Assembly (NCBI GenBank): GCA_030430205.1
Contig: JAUIGE010000019.1
Location: 69,928 to 133,927 of the forward strand
Direction of reading: 5' to 3'
DNA length: 64,000 nt
From: Bacteroidia bacterium
GTDB taxonomy: Bacteria > Bacteroidota > Bacteroidia > J057
Translations under genes and position numbers: made by a program
The notes under the pieces: model-generated
What the model saw: only the letters and a program-made list of their open reading frames with translations
What the model was told of the DNA's origin: nothing
The model's database searches: none
Shown: in pieces, positions 46,046 through 55,923 of the stretch
Numbering within the stretch: position 1 is the first letter of the stretch
Layout of the letters: every line of letters begins with the position of its first letter

Positions 46046-46377
46046 TGCGAATCAAGGCTTGATTATTTGGAGCGGATTACGCACAAAGCCAACCCCAAGA
46101 CCCGAAATCCGCTCAAGCGATCCGTTTTCAAGCTACTTTCATTAGCTTTTATCATGCTTTTCAATGAAAAGCTGGCGTGGATGGAGCTTGTGCTGAACTT
46201 GATTCAGTGGCCTGCGGGAGGGCTTGTGGGTAATCCGCGCCATAAGAAAACCCCTACTCCCCAACAAAAACTACCTCCATAGGTAGTTATACATAATCCT
46301 TATATTTCGAATCTTTGCCAATTCGCCATCCCCAAAAGCTTTATTCATTTTACCTGAACCATCATTTTCACTAACCT

Positions 46378-49300
46378 ATGGGAAATTTTAAACACCATTT
46401 TTTATTCGCTACCCTGGCTGCACTGATCCCGGCAGTCTTTTTTGCCCAGCAAATCGACCTTTCCAAACTCAAGGAAATGCAGGCCCGCAGCATCGGCCCG
46501 GCCGGCATGAGCGGGCGTGTCACTTCTATAGATGCTGTCAACAGCAATCCGGAGATTATCTATGTAGGCACAGCCTCAGGCGGCCTCTGGAAATCAGAGA
46601 GCGGCGGCGTCGAGTGGAAGCCTATTTTTGATGATCAAAAAACCCTCTCCATCGGAGCAGTAGCCATTTGCCAAAACAACCCGGACATCGTCTGGGTAGG
46701 CACCGGCGAGGGCAACCCCCGCAACAGCCAAAGCAGTGGCTTTGGGGTATACCGCAGCCTCGATGCAGGCAAGACCTGGAAGTATATGGGACTGGGCGAA
46801 AGCCGCAACATCCACCGGCTCATCATTGACCCCAATGATCCCGACATCGTCTATGTCGGCGCGCAGGGCCCTGCCTGGGGCGAGACCGAGTCGCGGGGTC
46901 TTTTCAAAACCACAGATGGAGGCGAGACATGGAAAAAGATTTTATTTACCAATACCCAAAGCGGCATCGCAGACCTCGTCATGGACCCCAACAACCCGCA
47001 AAAACTGTTTGCAGCCATGTGGGAATTTCGCCGTTGGCCCTGGTTTTTTGAGTCAGGAGGCAAAGGCTCTGGCCTGTATGTGACGCATGATGGCGGCAAA
47101 AACTGGAAGCAATTGGGTAGCAAAGATGGCCTACCGGCAGGCGAACTGGGCCGTATCGGTCTGGCTATCGCCCCTTCCAATAGCAAAAGGGTTTATGCCT
47201 ACGTAGAGGCAAAAAAGAATGCGATTTATCGCTCCGACGATGGCGGATTCAAATGGCGGGCTGTCAGCCAAAAAGGCAATTTTGGTGGCCGCCCTTTCTA
47301 CTATGCTGATATCTATGTAGATAGTAAAAACGAAAATCGGCTGTATTCCATTCATTCGATGGTTTCCTATTCGATAGATGCGGGCGAAAGCTGGGATATC
47401 CTCATCCCCTACTCCGGGGTGCACCCGGATCATCATGCCTGGTGGATTCATCCTGAAGACCCCAACTACATCATCGAAGGCAATGACGGCGGCCTGGCCA
47501 TCTCCCGCGACCGCGGCAATAGCTGGCGCTTTGTCGAGAACCTGCCTTTGGCGCAGTTTTACCATATCAACATTGACAACGATTATCCCTACCATGTCTA
47601 TGGTGGCATGCAGGACAATGGTTCCTGGAAAGGCCCTGCCTACGAGTGGAAGCGGGGCGGCATCCGCAATAGCTATTGGACGGAATTGTATTTTGGCGAC
47701 GGCTTTGACGTCGTGCCGGATCCCGATGACAGCCGATATGGCTATGCCATGTCTCAGGGCGGCTCCCTGGGCCGCTACGACTCTGAGACCGGTCATTCCA
47801 AATACATCCAGCCTGTACATCCTGAAGGTACCTTCCTGCGATTCAACTGGAATGCAGCTATCGCTCAGGATCCTTTTGACAAAAGCACCATCTACTACGG
47901 CAGTCAGTTTGTACACAAAAGCACCGACAAAGGCACGAGCTGGGAAATCATTTCCCCCGACCTCACCACCAACGATACGACCAAACAAAACCAACTCAAC
48001 AGTGGCGGCCTGACTTTTGACGCCACCCAGGCAGAAAATAATACCACCATTCTGGCAATTTCTCCCAGCCCGGCAGACCGCAATGTCATCTGGGTAGGCA
48101 CCGATGATGGCAATGTACAGCTCAGCCGTGATGGCGGAAAAAGCTGGAAAAAGCTCAACGCCCAAATCCCCGGCCTGCCCCAGGCAGCCTGGATTCCCCA
48201 GATCGTGCCTTCGGCTACGAAAGCAGGCGAAGCCTATATCGTGGTCAATAACTACCGTCAGAATGACTGGAAGCCCTATCTCTACCGCACACGCGATTTT
48301 GGTCAGACATTTGAAAGCCTGGTCAATGAAGATAAAATATGGGGCCATTGCCTCTCCATCGCACAGGACCCTGTGGAGCCACGGCTGCTGTTTCTGGGAA
48401 CAGAAAATGGGCTTTATGTGAGTTTTGATGAAGGCAAAAACTGGCAAAAATGGACCCATGGCTTTCCGAATGTCTCTACCATGGACCTCAAGATTCATCC
48501 TCGTGAAAACGACCTGGTGATTGGCACTTTTGGCCGGGCGGCCTATGTGCTGGACGATATCCGTCCTTTGCGGGAGCTGGCCCAATCGCCTGAGATAGTG
48601 AATAAAAAAATTCATGTTTTTGAAGCGCCGACAGCTGTGCTGGCTGAGTTTCAGCAGGCTCGTGGCACCCGCTTCGCGGCTGACGCCATGTACGCCGGCG
48701 AAAATCGCCGCTCAGGCGCCATGATCAGCTACTATGTAGCTGAGGGCAAAAAAGACCGCGAAGCGATGATGGCCATGCGGGCTGAGAAAGCTACTCCCAC
48801 CGACAAAAAAGAAACAGAAAAGAAAGCTGTCAAAAAGGATAAAAAGAAAGGGGATGATGATCCAAAGGCAGAAATGAAGCCCGAAGGCGGAGACAAAAGG
48901 AAAATGATGAAGAAAGGCGGCGGAGCAGATACCCTCTTTGTTCACATTTTTGATGGAGATAAAGTGATTCGCACCCTCAAATCCCTTCCTGACTCCGGCC
49001 TCAATCGCATGTATTGGGATATGACGAGCAAAGGGGTTCGCCCTCCCCGCCAGGGCGGCGGTGGTGGAGGCGGTCGCTTCCGCGGATTTGGTGGCCAAAT
49101 GGGCTCTGATCCTTCAGGCGCTGAAGTCCTTCCTGGCAGCTACCGCATACGCATGGCGTATCAGGGAGATACTTCTGAGACTACAGTGGAAGTGATTTTT
49201 GATCCGCGCATGGAGGTCAGTACTGCTGGTCTTCAGGCCAAGCGCGACAAAATGGAAGGCATTTATGCCAATATGGAACGCCTGAAAAAGGCTGTTAAGG

Positions 49301-49686
49301 GCTTACAGGATGCTCAATCGGCTTTGGACATCATCAAAAAGCAATTAGGTGAAGATGCAGACTCTACCCTCAAGCTGAGTAGCAAAGCTATGGCTGATTC
49401 ACTCAAAAACATGCTGGGGGAGATGTTTGGAGATGATGATGTAAAAGGAATCCGGGATGATCCGGAATCTTTGCGTTCCAAAATGTTTGGACCTTTTGGC
49501 TATATCAATTCATCTTATGATGAAGAGGACCCGACCCATGACATCGTCATCGGGCAGGCAGAAGAAGCCATCAATGCCTATATCAAAAGGGTAAATAGCT
49601 TTTTTGAGAATGACTGGAAAGCCTACCGCGAAGCGGTAGAAAGCGCGAAACTGAGTCCTTTTAAGGACTATGAGCGGGTGGAGTAG
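46378..49686 (+). CDS. Sortilin/VPS10-like BNR (Asp-box) repeat protein
   Basis: 1102 aa with a signal peptide and about ten S-x-D-x-G-x-T/S-W Asp boxes (SLDAGKTW, TTDGGETW, THDGGKNW, SIDAGESW, STDKGTSW, SRDGGKSW and others). It contains a Lys-rich disordered insert. Confidence 0.75.
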   Translation: MGNFKHHFLFATLAALIPAVFFAQQIDLSKLKEMQARSIGPAGMSGRVTSIDAVNSNPEIIYVGTASGGLWKSESGGVEWKPIFDDQKTLSIGAVAICQNNPDIVWVGTGEGNPRNSQSSGFGVYRSLDAGKTWKYMGLGESRNIHRLIIDPNDPDIVYVGAQGPAWGETESRGLFKTTDGGETWKKILFTNTQSGIADLVMDPNNPQKLFAAMWEFRRWPWFFESGGKGSGLYVTHDGGKNWKQLGSKDGLPAGELGRIGLAIAPSNSKRVYAYVEAKKNAIYRSDDGGFKWRAVSQKGNFGGRPFYYADIYVDSKNENRLYSIHSMVSYSIDAGESWDILIPYSGVHPDHHAWWIHPEDPNYIIEGNDGGLAISRDRGNSWRFVENLPLAQFYHINIDNDYPYHVYGGMQDNGSWKGPAYEWKRGGIRNSYWTELYFGDGFDVVPDPDDSRYGYAMSQGGSLGRYDSETGHSKYIQPVHPEGTFLRFNWNAAIAQDPFDKSTIYYGSQFVHKSTDKGTSWEIISPDLTTNDTTKQNQLNSGGLTFDATQAENNTTILAISPSPADRNVIWVGTDDGNVQLSRDGGKSWKKLNAQIPGLPQAAWIPQIVPSATKAGEAYIVVNNYRQNDWKPYLYRTRDFGQTFESLVNEDKIWGHCLSIAQDPVEPRLLFLGTENGLYVSFDEGKNWQKWTHGFPNVSTMDLKIHPRENDLVIGTFGRAAYVLDDIRPLRELAQSPEIVNKKIHVFEAPTAVLAEFQQARGTRFAADAMYAGENRRSGAMISYYVAEGKKDREAMMAMRAEKATPTDKKETEKKAVKKDKKKGDDDPKAEMKPEGGDKRKMMKKGGGADTLFVHIFDGDKVIRTLKSLPDSGLNRMYWDMTSKGVRPPRQGGGGGGGRFRGFGGQMGSDPSGAEVLPGSYRIRMAYQGDTSETTVEVIFDPRMEVSTAGLQAKRDKMEGIYANMERLKKAVKGLQDAQSALDIIKKQLGEDADSTLKLSSKAMADSLKNMLGEMFGDDDVKGIRDDPESLRSKMFGPFGYINSSYDEEDPTHDIVIGQAEEAINAYIKRVNSFFENDWKAYREAVESAKLSPFKDYERVE

Positions 49687-50285
49687 CGCCACTTGCTCAA
49701 ATACTTCGCAAGTATATCAAACTCCAGATTGACCTGATCGTCGATCTGGAGTTTTTTAAAATTGGTATGCTCGTAGGTGTAGGGAATAATGGTTACTGAA
49801 AACCAGTCTTCATGACTTTCGACCACCGTCAGGCTGACGCCATTGACACAGATGGAACCTTTGTCTACCAACAAATGACCGTAAGAAGGCTCAAAGCCAA
49901 ATTCCAACAGCCAGGAGCCGTTGCGGTCTTCGATCTTTCGGACTTTCCCTACGGTGTCCACATGCCCCTGGACAAAATGTCCATCCAGTCTCGCGCCGAC
50001 TTTCAGGCAGCGCTCTATATTGACCAGATCATCGGCTTTTAGCCGATTCATGTGTGTCTTTTTGAGGGTCTCCTCAACGGCCGTGACAGCATAATGTGTC
50101 ATTTCGCCCGCCTTATCGCCCTTCGCATATATATCCGTAACCGTCAGGCAAACGCCATCATGCGCGATGCTTTGATCCACTTTGATGGCTTCATCAAAGG
50201 GAGCCTCTATCTCAAAAATGCGATTGGTACCTTCTTCCCTCAGCGATTTGATTTTTCCTAAAAATTCTATTATTCCTGTGAACAT
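49668..50285 (-). CDS. ribE: Riboflavin synthase alpha chain
   Basis: 205 aa with the MFTGIIEFLGKI start and two lumazine-binding repeats (SIAHDGVCLTV, GSICVNGVSLTV). Confidence 0.92.
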   Translation of the reverse strand: MFTGIIEFLGKIKSLREEGTNRIFEIEAPFDEAIKVDQSIAHDGVCLTVTDIYAKGDKAGEMTHYAVTAVEETLKKTHMNRLKADDLVNIERCLKVGARLDGHFVQGHVDTVGKVRKIEDRNGSWLLEFGFEPSYGHLLVDKGSICVNGVSLTVVESHEDWFSVTIIPYTYEHTNFKKLQIDDQVNLEFDILAKYLSKWRYSTRS

Positions 50286-50317
50286 AAAACTGATTTGCAG
50301 ATGGGAGGATTAAAAAA

Positions 50318-53233
50318 TTATCTCATTAAAAGAACCCATCCCTTCATCTGCTTGCGCTCATTTTCAACGAGTCCCAACTCATCATAGGTGATGATATAGT
50401 AGTAGGTGCCTTCATTGGCGGGGTGGCCCCGCGTACTGCCGTCCCACAGACGGCTGATCTCATTGCGGCTGCGATGGGCTTCTACGCCCCAGCGATCGAA
50501 GATCACGATCTCCACAAGCCGCACATCGCGCTGCTCCACGGGGATGAAAACATCGTTGATCCCATCGCCATTGGGCGTGAAAACATTGCTCATGGTAAGC
50601 TTGGGACAGAAGTCTATGCAGGAGGGGGGAGAAAGCAAACTGACATTTCCGAAGGAATCCGTGGCTGTGACTACATAGCAGCCAGCAAAGGTACGGGCAC
50701 CGTCAGTGACCTGATAACTCAAGGTCGTCACCTCGTCCATTGGAGCGTAATCAAGCGATTCTACAGGCAGGTAGGGGCCTTCTACCCTGCTTGCAAAAAG
50801 CACGGTGATGGTTTGGGTCAGGCTGGCGCATTCATCTTCATTTTTGGTGATGATGATTTCGTGTGCCTGCCTGGCGCAGTCGCCTGCCGCCAGGATGTCT
50901 GGCGTACAGGGAGGCACATCCTCCCTGGCAAAATCGCAGCTCTGTTCCGAATCATTGATCAAAGGATCTTTTATACCCGGCAGATTGTAGCTGCCGATTG
51001 CCCGGACGAAATAGCAATATTCAACGGTCTTGGAAAGGTTTTCATCCCGGTAGCTATGCGCAGTAGAACCCGTGCCCGATTTTATGCCAATTGGCATGAA
51101 AGCTCCACCGTTTTCGGAACGGTATATTTCATAGTCGCTATTTCTCCAGGGCACATATTCTGTCCAATTGAGGTCAATGAAGCCATTTCCTCCCGCTGTG
51201 CTCAGGTAAACTGAGCTACCCAGGTTTTCTTCTTTGGAAGTAAATATTACTGCGCCATCCTGGTTAACGACCTCTACACGGTAGGTATATCCCCGGTCCC
51301 GCGTATTGATTCCCATATCCGTATAGGTTGTATCGGTATCAAAATCCAATCCATCGACTACAGGAATAACGGGGTACTGGTTGTTATGGGCACGATACAC
51401 GCGATAGAAAAAGGGTCCTTCAAAGAAGGAATCTATTGAATCCGGTTTTGACCAGCTGACAAACATTTCGCCATTCGCGGCATCTGTTTGGGTGACACTC
51501 GCATTTGTCAGGAACAATTTGTCATTTTCGATTTTCACACATACTTCCAGCCCACAACTCTCAATGTTGGGTTCAAAGCCATCATCATCATCTTCATACA
51601 TGGCCGTGACGACATAGCAAATTTCATTTTCCAAAATATTACTTGCCGAATTCAGCATGTCAGTATAGCTGGTATTCTGGGGGCCTTCATTGTAGGTCAA
51701 TAATTTGTAGCCCAATTCGCCGGGCGACATATCGCAACAAACCGTATCTCCCCCCAGTCCTGACTGCCCTATTTTTCTGTAAATACGGTAGCCCAAAATA
51801 TTGGCACAGCGGCCCGGATCCCAATTTAGGCGGATACGGCCTTCGCTTTTCTCTGCCTGTAAATTTTCCGGCCGGGGAGGAATCACCTGTATGGTGACTA
51901 CCTTGTGTGCGGTAAGCATAGAAATGCTTGGCCGACCAAAGTAAGAGTTGTTGTCGTGGGCAAAAAAGTCTATTTGATAAAAGGTTGAGCGGATATTTCC
52001 ACAATCGGTGTCCCAGCTGACAGTCCCCTTGATGGTATCAATGGTCATAACAGCATTGAGAGAAGCCACAGGGAAGCCCTGATAGGGCCAGGGATTGATG
52101 AAGGAATCGGGGTCCACGACCACACCTGCAAGCTCTGCCGGATTGGCAATATTGGGGTTGAATGGCCCATTGTTGCCCACTGTACCATTGTTAAAAGCAA
52201 GGTAAATGGAATCCAGAAAATCCGGATCATAAGCTTTAAAGTCAAACACCAGTTTCTCTCCGGCGGTTACGCAGGTATCAGAAATCGTCATGATGACTGG
52301 AGGATTGTTTTTGCAGGGCTTCACAAAAATCACCATATCCCTGATCACCGATCCTATCAGCCGCCCCCGGCGGTATTCCTCTACCTTAAAGGCAAAATTG
52401 TACACCCCGATCTGACTGGGGGCATCCCAGGTAATCAATCCGGTCCGCGAATCAATGAAAAAGGTGCTGTTGCCAAAATTGGGATCGTCTGGAAAACGGT
52501 AGTTGTTGGTGATGGCTGGAAAGGTGATCCCTTTGTCTGGCTCGTACTGCAAAGAAGGCAAAAGTGTATACACCAGGGAGTCTCCATCGGGATCAAAACC
52601 GCCCGGATTATGCGTCCATATTTTGTCAATACAGGCCTCGTCGAGCGGCTCATTGAGCAAAATAGGGGAATTGTTAACCCCTAATAAGGGATTGGGCACT
52701 TCCAGCTGGGTCTCTACAAAAAATGTCTGGTTTCCCGGCTCTGAGATATTGATAACATCCTCTCTTCTTGCCAGGTCAAAATACCGAACCACATAGCAGC
52801 CCTGTCCGGGAAAGGTATATTCTGCCACATATACATTGCGCTTCACGGTCGAATAGACAGGGATTCCCAGGTGTACTCCCGGAGGACACTCCATGGGATT
52901 GGGACTGGGGTCCAGCGGCCCGTTGATACGCGGGATATCATTGATCCTGGTAATCAAACTGCCATTTTGGCCATTTGCACCACAGGTCCATATTTCAAAA
53001 TCTGCTTTACAGCGATCGACATTGGCGGGAGCCGGATCGGTATAGGATGTCAGGGTAATTTCATACTTATTCCCGCTTTGTCGTTGGACAGAGATTTGCC
53101 CGGCGAGGTTGTGAGTTGCCAGTACAGGCAGGTAGCTACACAGGAATAAAAGGAAAATGATTCCCCCAACAAATGATGGCTTATGCATGGCTTTAGGACA
53201 AAAAATTAATGAATTCATAGGCATTACATTCAA
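50318..53233 (-). CDS. Large surface protein with a T9SS type B (gliding-motility-associated) C-terminal domain
   Basis: 971 aa. The C terminus carries FTPNGDGINDVF...GTYYYII. The start is uncertain, with an alternative ATG 15 codons in. Confidence 0.75.
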   Translation of the reverse strand: MNVMPMNSLIFCPKAMHKPSFVGGIIFLLFLCSYLPVLATHNLAGQISVQRQSGNKYEITLTSYTDPAPANVDRCKADFEIWTCGANGQNGSLITRINDIPRINGPLDPSPNPMECPPGVHLGIPVYSTVKRNVYVAEYTFPGQGCYVVRYFDLARREDVINISEPGNQTFFVETQLEVPNPLLGVNNSPILLNEPLDEACIDKIWTHNPGGFDPDGDSLVYTLLPSLQYEPDKGITFPAITNNYRFPDDPNFGNSTFFIDSRTGLITWDAPSQIGVYNFAFKVEEYRRGRLIGSVIRDMVIFVKPCKNNPPVIMTISDTCVTAGEKLVFDFKAYDPDFLDSIYLAFNNGTVGNNGPFNPNIANPAELAGVVVDPDSFINPWPYQGFPVASLNAVMTIDTIKGTVSWDTDCGNIRSTFYQIDFFAHDNNSYFGRPSISMLTAHKVVTIQVIPPRPENLQAEKSEGRIRLNWDPGRCANILGYRIYRKIGQSGLGGDTVCCDMSPGELGYKLLTYNEGPQNTSYTDMLNSASNILENEICYVVTAMYEDDDDGFEPNIESCGLEVCVKIENDKLFLTNASVTQTDAANGEMFVSWSKPDSIDSFFEGPFFYRVYRAHNNQYPVIPVVDGLDFDTDTTYTDMGINTRDRGYTYRVEVVNQDGAVIFTSKEENLGSSVYLSTAGGNGFIDLNWTEYVPWRNSDYEIYRSENGGAFMPIGIKSGTGSTAHSYRDENLSKTVEYCYFVRAIGSYNLPGIKDPLINDSEQSCDFAREDVPPCTPDILAAGDCARQAHEIIITKNEDECASLTQTITVLFASRVEGPYLPVESLDYAPMDEVTTLSYQVTDGARTFAGCYVVTATDSFGNVSLLSPPSCIDFCPKLTMSNVFTPNGDGINDVFIPVEQRDVRLVEIVIFDRWGVEAHRSRNEISRLWDGSTRGHPANEGTYYYIITYDELGLVENERKQMKGWVLLMR

Positions 53234-53512
53234 GCAAAAAATGTATTCCTGTTAAAATTTTGGAAGAGCAGTGTACATAAAGATACAATCCGCTCTGGAA
53301 GTACCCTAATATAAGCAAAACTATATAGCTATTGTTTGTCTCCCATTTGAATTATCCTATGATTCGATGCTCTATTTTTTTAAAACGGAAAAAGCTGACA
53401 AGAGGTATGGGGAAAAATTAAAAGAAAAGGCAGAACTACCCTTGCATATCAATTTATAATACCCGTAATTTGCGGTTCCGTTTTTGAAAAAGAACAAGAT
53501 ATAGTTAGATAA

Positions 53513-53956
53513 ATGGATACACTGAGTTATAAGACCAAATCTGCCAACGCGCAGACCGTTGATAAAAAATGGGTCCTGGTGGACGCTGAAGGGCAAGTTT
53601 TGGGCCGTTTAGCAACCCAGGTAGCCTCCCTCTTAAGAGGTAAGCATAAAACCAATTACACCCCACACGTTGATTGTGGCGACAATGTGATTGTTATTAA
53701 TGCTGACAAGGTACGTTTGACTGGCAATAAAATGCAGCAAAAAAAGTACATTCGCCATACCGGCTATCCCGGTGGCCAGCGCGAAGTTGTTGCTGCTGAT
53801 ATGTACAAAAACAAGCCTGATCGTATGGTGGAGAATGCTGTTAGAGGCATGCTGCCAAAAAACAGCCTGGGTAGATCGCTCTTCCGCAACCTGCGTGTAT
53901 ATGCCGGTACTGAGCATGCCCATGAAGCACAGCAACCTGAAAAAATTGAACGCTAA
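53513..53956 (+). CDS. rplM: 50S ribosomal protein L13
   Basis: 147 aa with [17 protein letters not shown] and TGYPGG motifs. Confidence 0.96.
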   Translation: MDTLSYKTKSANAQTVDKKWVLVDAEGQVLGRLATQVASLLRGKHKTNYTPHVDCGDNVIVINADKVRLTGNKMQQKKYIRHTGYPGGQREVVAADMYKNKPDRMVENAVRGMLPKNSLGRSLFRNLRVYAGTEHAHEAQQPEKIER

Positions 53957-53962
53957 GAAAAT

Positions 53963-54352
53963 ATGGATCAAATAGTAACTGTAGGGAGAAGAAAAAGTGC
54001 CGTAGCTAGGGTATTTCTCCGTCCGGGAACAGGTAGTTTTACCATCAACAAACGCAAGTTTGAAGAATTCTTTCCTTTCAACCTTCTACAGATGAAGGTT
54101 ATGGAGCCTTTCTCTGTATTGGATAAGGCAAATGGAGAATTCGATATCCTCGTGAATGTGGATGGTGGTGGAATTACCGGTCAGGCGGAAGCCATTCGGA
54201 TGGGTCTCTCCCGTGCCCTCATTCAGGTAGACCCTGAATACCGCAGCCAACTCAAAAGAGCTGGCCTGCTAACACGTGACGCCAGAAAAGTGGAACGTAA
54301 GAAATACGGTTTAAAGAAAGCAAGAAAGAGCTCACAGTTCTCCAAACGATAA
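53963..54352 (+). CDS. rpsI: 30S ribosomal protein S9
   Basis: 129 aa with [10 protein letters not shown] and a C terminus [11 protein letters not shown]. Confidence 0.96.
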   Translation: MDQIVTVGRRKSAVARVFLRPGTGSFTINKRKFEEFFPFNLLQMKVMEPFSVLDKANGEFDILVNVDGGGITGQAEAIRMGLSRALIQVDPEYRSQLKRAGLLTRDARKVERKKYGLKKARKSSQFSKR

Positions 54353-54359
54353 TTTGCAG

Positions 54360-55148
54360 ATGGTTAACCTGGAATATAAAGATCTCCTCGACGCGGGTGT
54401 GCATTTTGGCCACCTAAAGAAAAAGTGGAATCCCCACATGTCTCCATACATCTTTATGGAGCGTAATGGCATCCACATCATTGACCTCAAAAAAACCCTG
54501 AAGATGCTTGACGAAGCTGCGCGAGTAGCTAAGCAATTGTCTCTTTCCGGTCGCAAGGTTTTGTTTGTCGCTACCAAAAAGCAGGCAAAAGAAATCGTTG
54601 AGATGGAAGCCAAAAGGGTAAATATGCCTTACGTTACAGAACGTTGGCTGGGAGGTATGCTCACCAATTTCTCTACTGTGCGCAAGAGTATCAAGCGCAT
54701 GACTCAGATTGAGAAAATGGCAGCTGATGGCACTTTCGAGCGCATCAACAAGAAAGAACGTTTGATGCTGGCTCGTGAAAAAGCCAAACTCGAAAAAGTA
54801 CTCGGCGGTATTGCCGACCTCAATCGCCTTCCTTCAGCCCTCTTTGTGGTTGATATTGTGAAAGAGCATATCGCAGTGGCTGAGGCTCGTAACCTCAACA
54901 TCCCTACCATTGCGATGGTAGATACCAACTCCAATCCCAATCTGGTTGACTTCCCTATTCCTGCCAATGATGACGCTGCAAAATCTATTCAATTGATTAT
55001 GCGCACCATTACTGATGCGATAGCTGAAGGGCTGGAAGAGCGCAAAAAGCGCCGTGAGGATGACAAGATCAAGCGTGAAGCTGATCGTCAGAAAAAAGGA
55101 GACGCAGGATCATCTGAAGACGCTCCTGAAGCTTCAGAAAACGCATAA
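54360..55148 (+). CDS. rpsB: 30S ribosomal protein S2
   Basis: The track ORF starts at TTG 54354; the first ATG is at 54360. It has [10 protein letters not shown] and [11 protein letters not shown] motifs and an acidic/basic C-terminal tail. Confidence 0.96.
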   Translation: MVNLEYKDLLDAGVHFGHLKKKWNPHMSPYIFMERNGIHIIDLKKTLKMLDEAARVAKQLSLSGRKVLFVATKKQAKEIVEMEAKRVNMPYVTERWLGGMLTNFSTVRKSIKRMTQIEKMAADGTFERINKKERLMLAREKAKLEKVLGGIADLNRLPSALFVVDIVKEHIAVAEARNLNIPTIAMVDTNSNPNLVDFPIPANDDAAKSIQLIMRTITDAIAEGLEERKKRREDDKIKREADRQKKGDAGSSEDAPEASENA

Positions 55149-55173
55149 TTGCAATCCACATCTTGATATAGAG

Positions 55174-55199
55174 AGCCCGCCTTTTGGCGGGCTTTTTTG
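55174..55199 (+). terminator. Rho-independent terminator after rpsB
   Basis: An 8-bp GC-rich stem agcccgcc/ggcgggct with a tttt loop, followed by a T6 run. Confidence 0.85.
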
Positions 55200-55256
55200 T
55201 TTTTATATATAAGCATCACTTTGGACCGGGATTTCGTCTCTTCAAAAAGTTTGCTT

Positions 55257-55859
55257 ATGAAATCCCTGAAATTCACCCTCATTTTCCTTCTCCTGGCCCT
55301 ATCCCTGAGTCAGCTTTTTGCTCAAAAAGACGATTTTGTCTACCGCGAAAAAGGCTACTACAACCTGACACAAATAGGCTTTATGGTAGGCCAGGTGCAA
55401 AATCCCTGGTGGTGGGAAGCCACCGCCCAAAATGTCATGCATGTAAATTTCCAGACTGTCAATGGCTACCGTTTTCATCGCCTGCTTGCAGCAGGCGGCG
55501 GTACGGGAATCAGTATCTTTCCCCGAGGGATGGTGGCTCCTGTCTTTCTTGATCTGCGATCTGACCTGCTCCAGCTTCCCATCACTCCACATGTCTACGC
55601 CAATGCAGGCTATGGCATTCCCCTTTACCCCAAACCGGAAGACAATGGATGGAAACGTGATGTCACCATTTCTGGAGGCTTTATGTATGATGTGGGTTTA
55701 GGGATCAAAATCAATACGAGAACAGGTATCTGTTATACCTTGACAGGTGGACTGAAAGCCCAACAGATCGGAGAAAAATACATAGACGGAAACGAAGTCC
55801 GCTATGATGAGCGAGTTACCTATCAAAGGGTGTCCTTGCAGGCGGGCATCATGTTTTAA
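55257..55859 (+). CDS. Hypothetical outer-membrane beta-barrel-like protein
   Basis: The track ORF starts at 55197. ATG 55257 gives a signal peptide (LSQLFAQ). It has a C-terminal aromatic residue (GIMF). I recognise no family. Confidence 0.4.
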   Translation: MKSLKFTLIFLLLALSLSQLFAQKDDFVYREKGYYNLTQIGFMVGQVQNPWWWEATAQNVMHVNFQTVNGYRFHRLLAAGGGTGISIFPRGMVAPVFLDLRSDLLQLPITPHVYANAGYGIPLYPKPEDNGWKRDVTISGGFMYDVGLGIKINTRTGICYTLTGGLKAQQIGEKYIDGNEVRYDERVTYQRVSLQAGIMF

Positions 55860-55865
55860 CAAAAC

Positions 55866-55903
55866 AAAAAGGCTGACAGAGATGAATCCCTGTCAGCCTT
55901 TTT
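55866..55903. terminator. Bidirectional terminator between convergent genes
   Basis: A 9-bp core stem ggctgacag/ctgtcagcc flanked by an A run 5' and a T run 3', so it reads as hairpin plus U tract on both strands. Confidence 0.8.
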
Positions 55904-55923
55904 AGGATAAGTTGAATACTTAT

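Noticed and set aside
46067-46282. A 71-aa ORF in the 332-bp gap.
   Set aside because: It has no recognisable family and a Pro/Lys-rich low-complexity end. It spans the hairpin-rich region and has no convincing start context. The region is more plausibly non-coding structure.
47131-48615. A 494-aa ORF antisense to the sortilin/BNR gene, the longest unexplained ORF in the track.
   Set aside because: It lies in the codon-aligned antisense frame: 48615 minus 46378 plus 1 is divisible by 3. In that frame antisense stops arise only from sense TTA, CTA and TCA codons, which this genome evidently avoids. The translation has no recognisable domain, while the sense strand encodes a coherent Asp-box protein. 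I treat it as a shadow ORF.
53234-53512. Possible ribosomal-protein leader or -7 box upstream of rplM.
   Set aside because: I found only imperfect matches to TAnnTTTG (taatttg with one spacer base) and no structure I could recognise. The evidence is insufficient.
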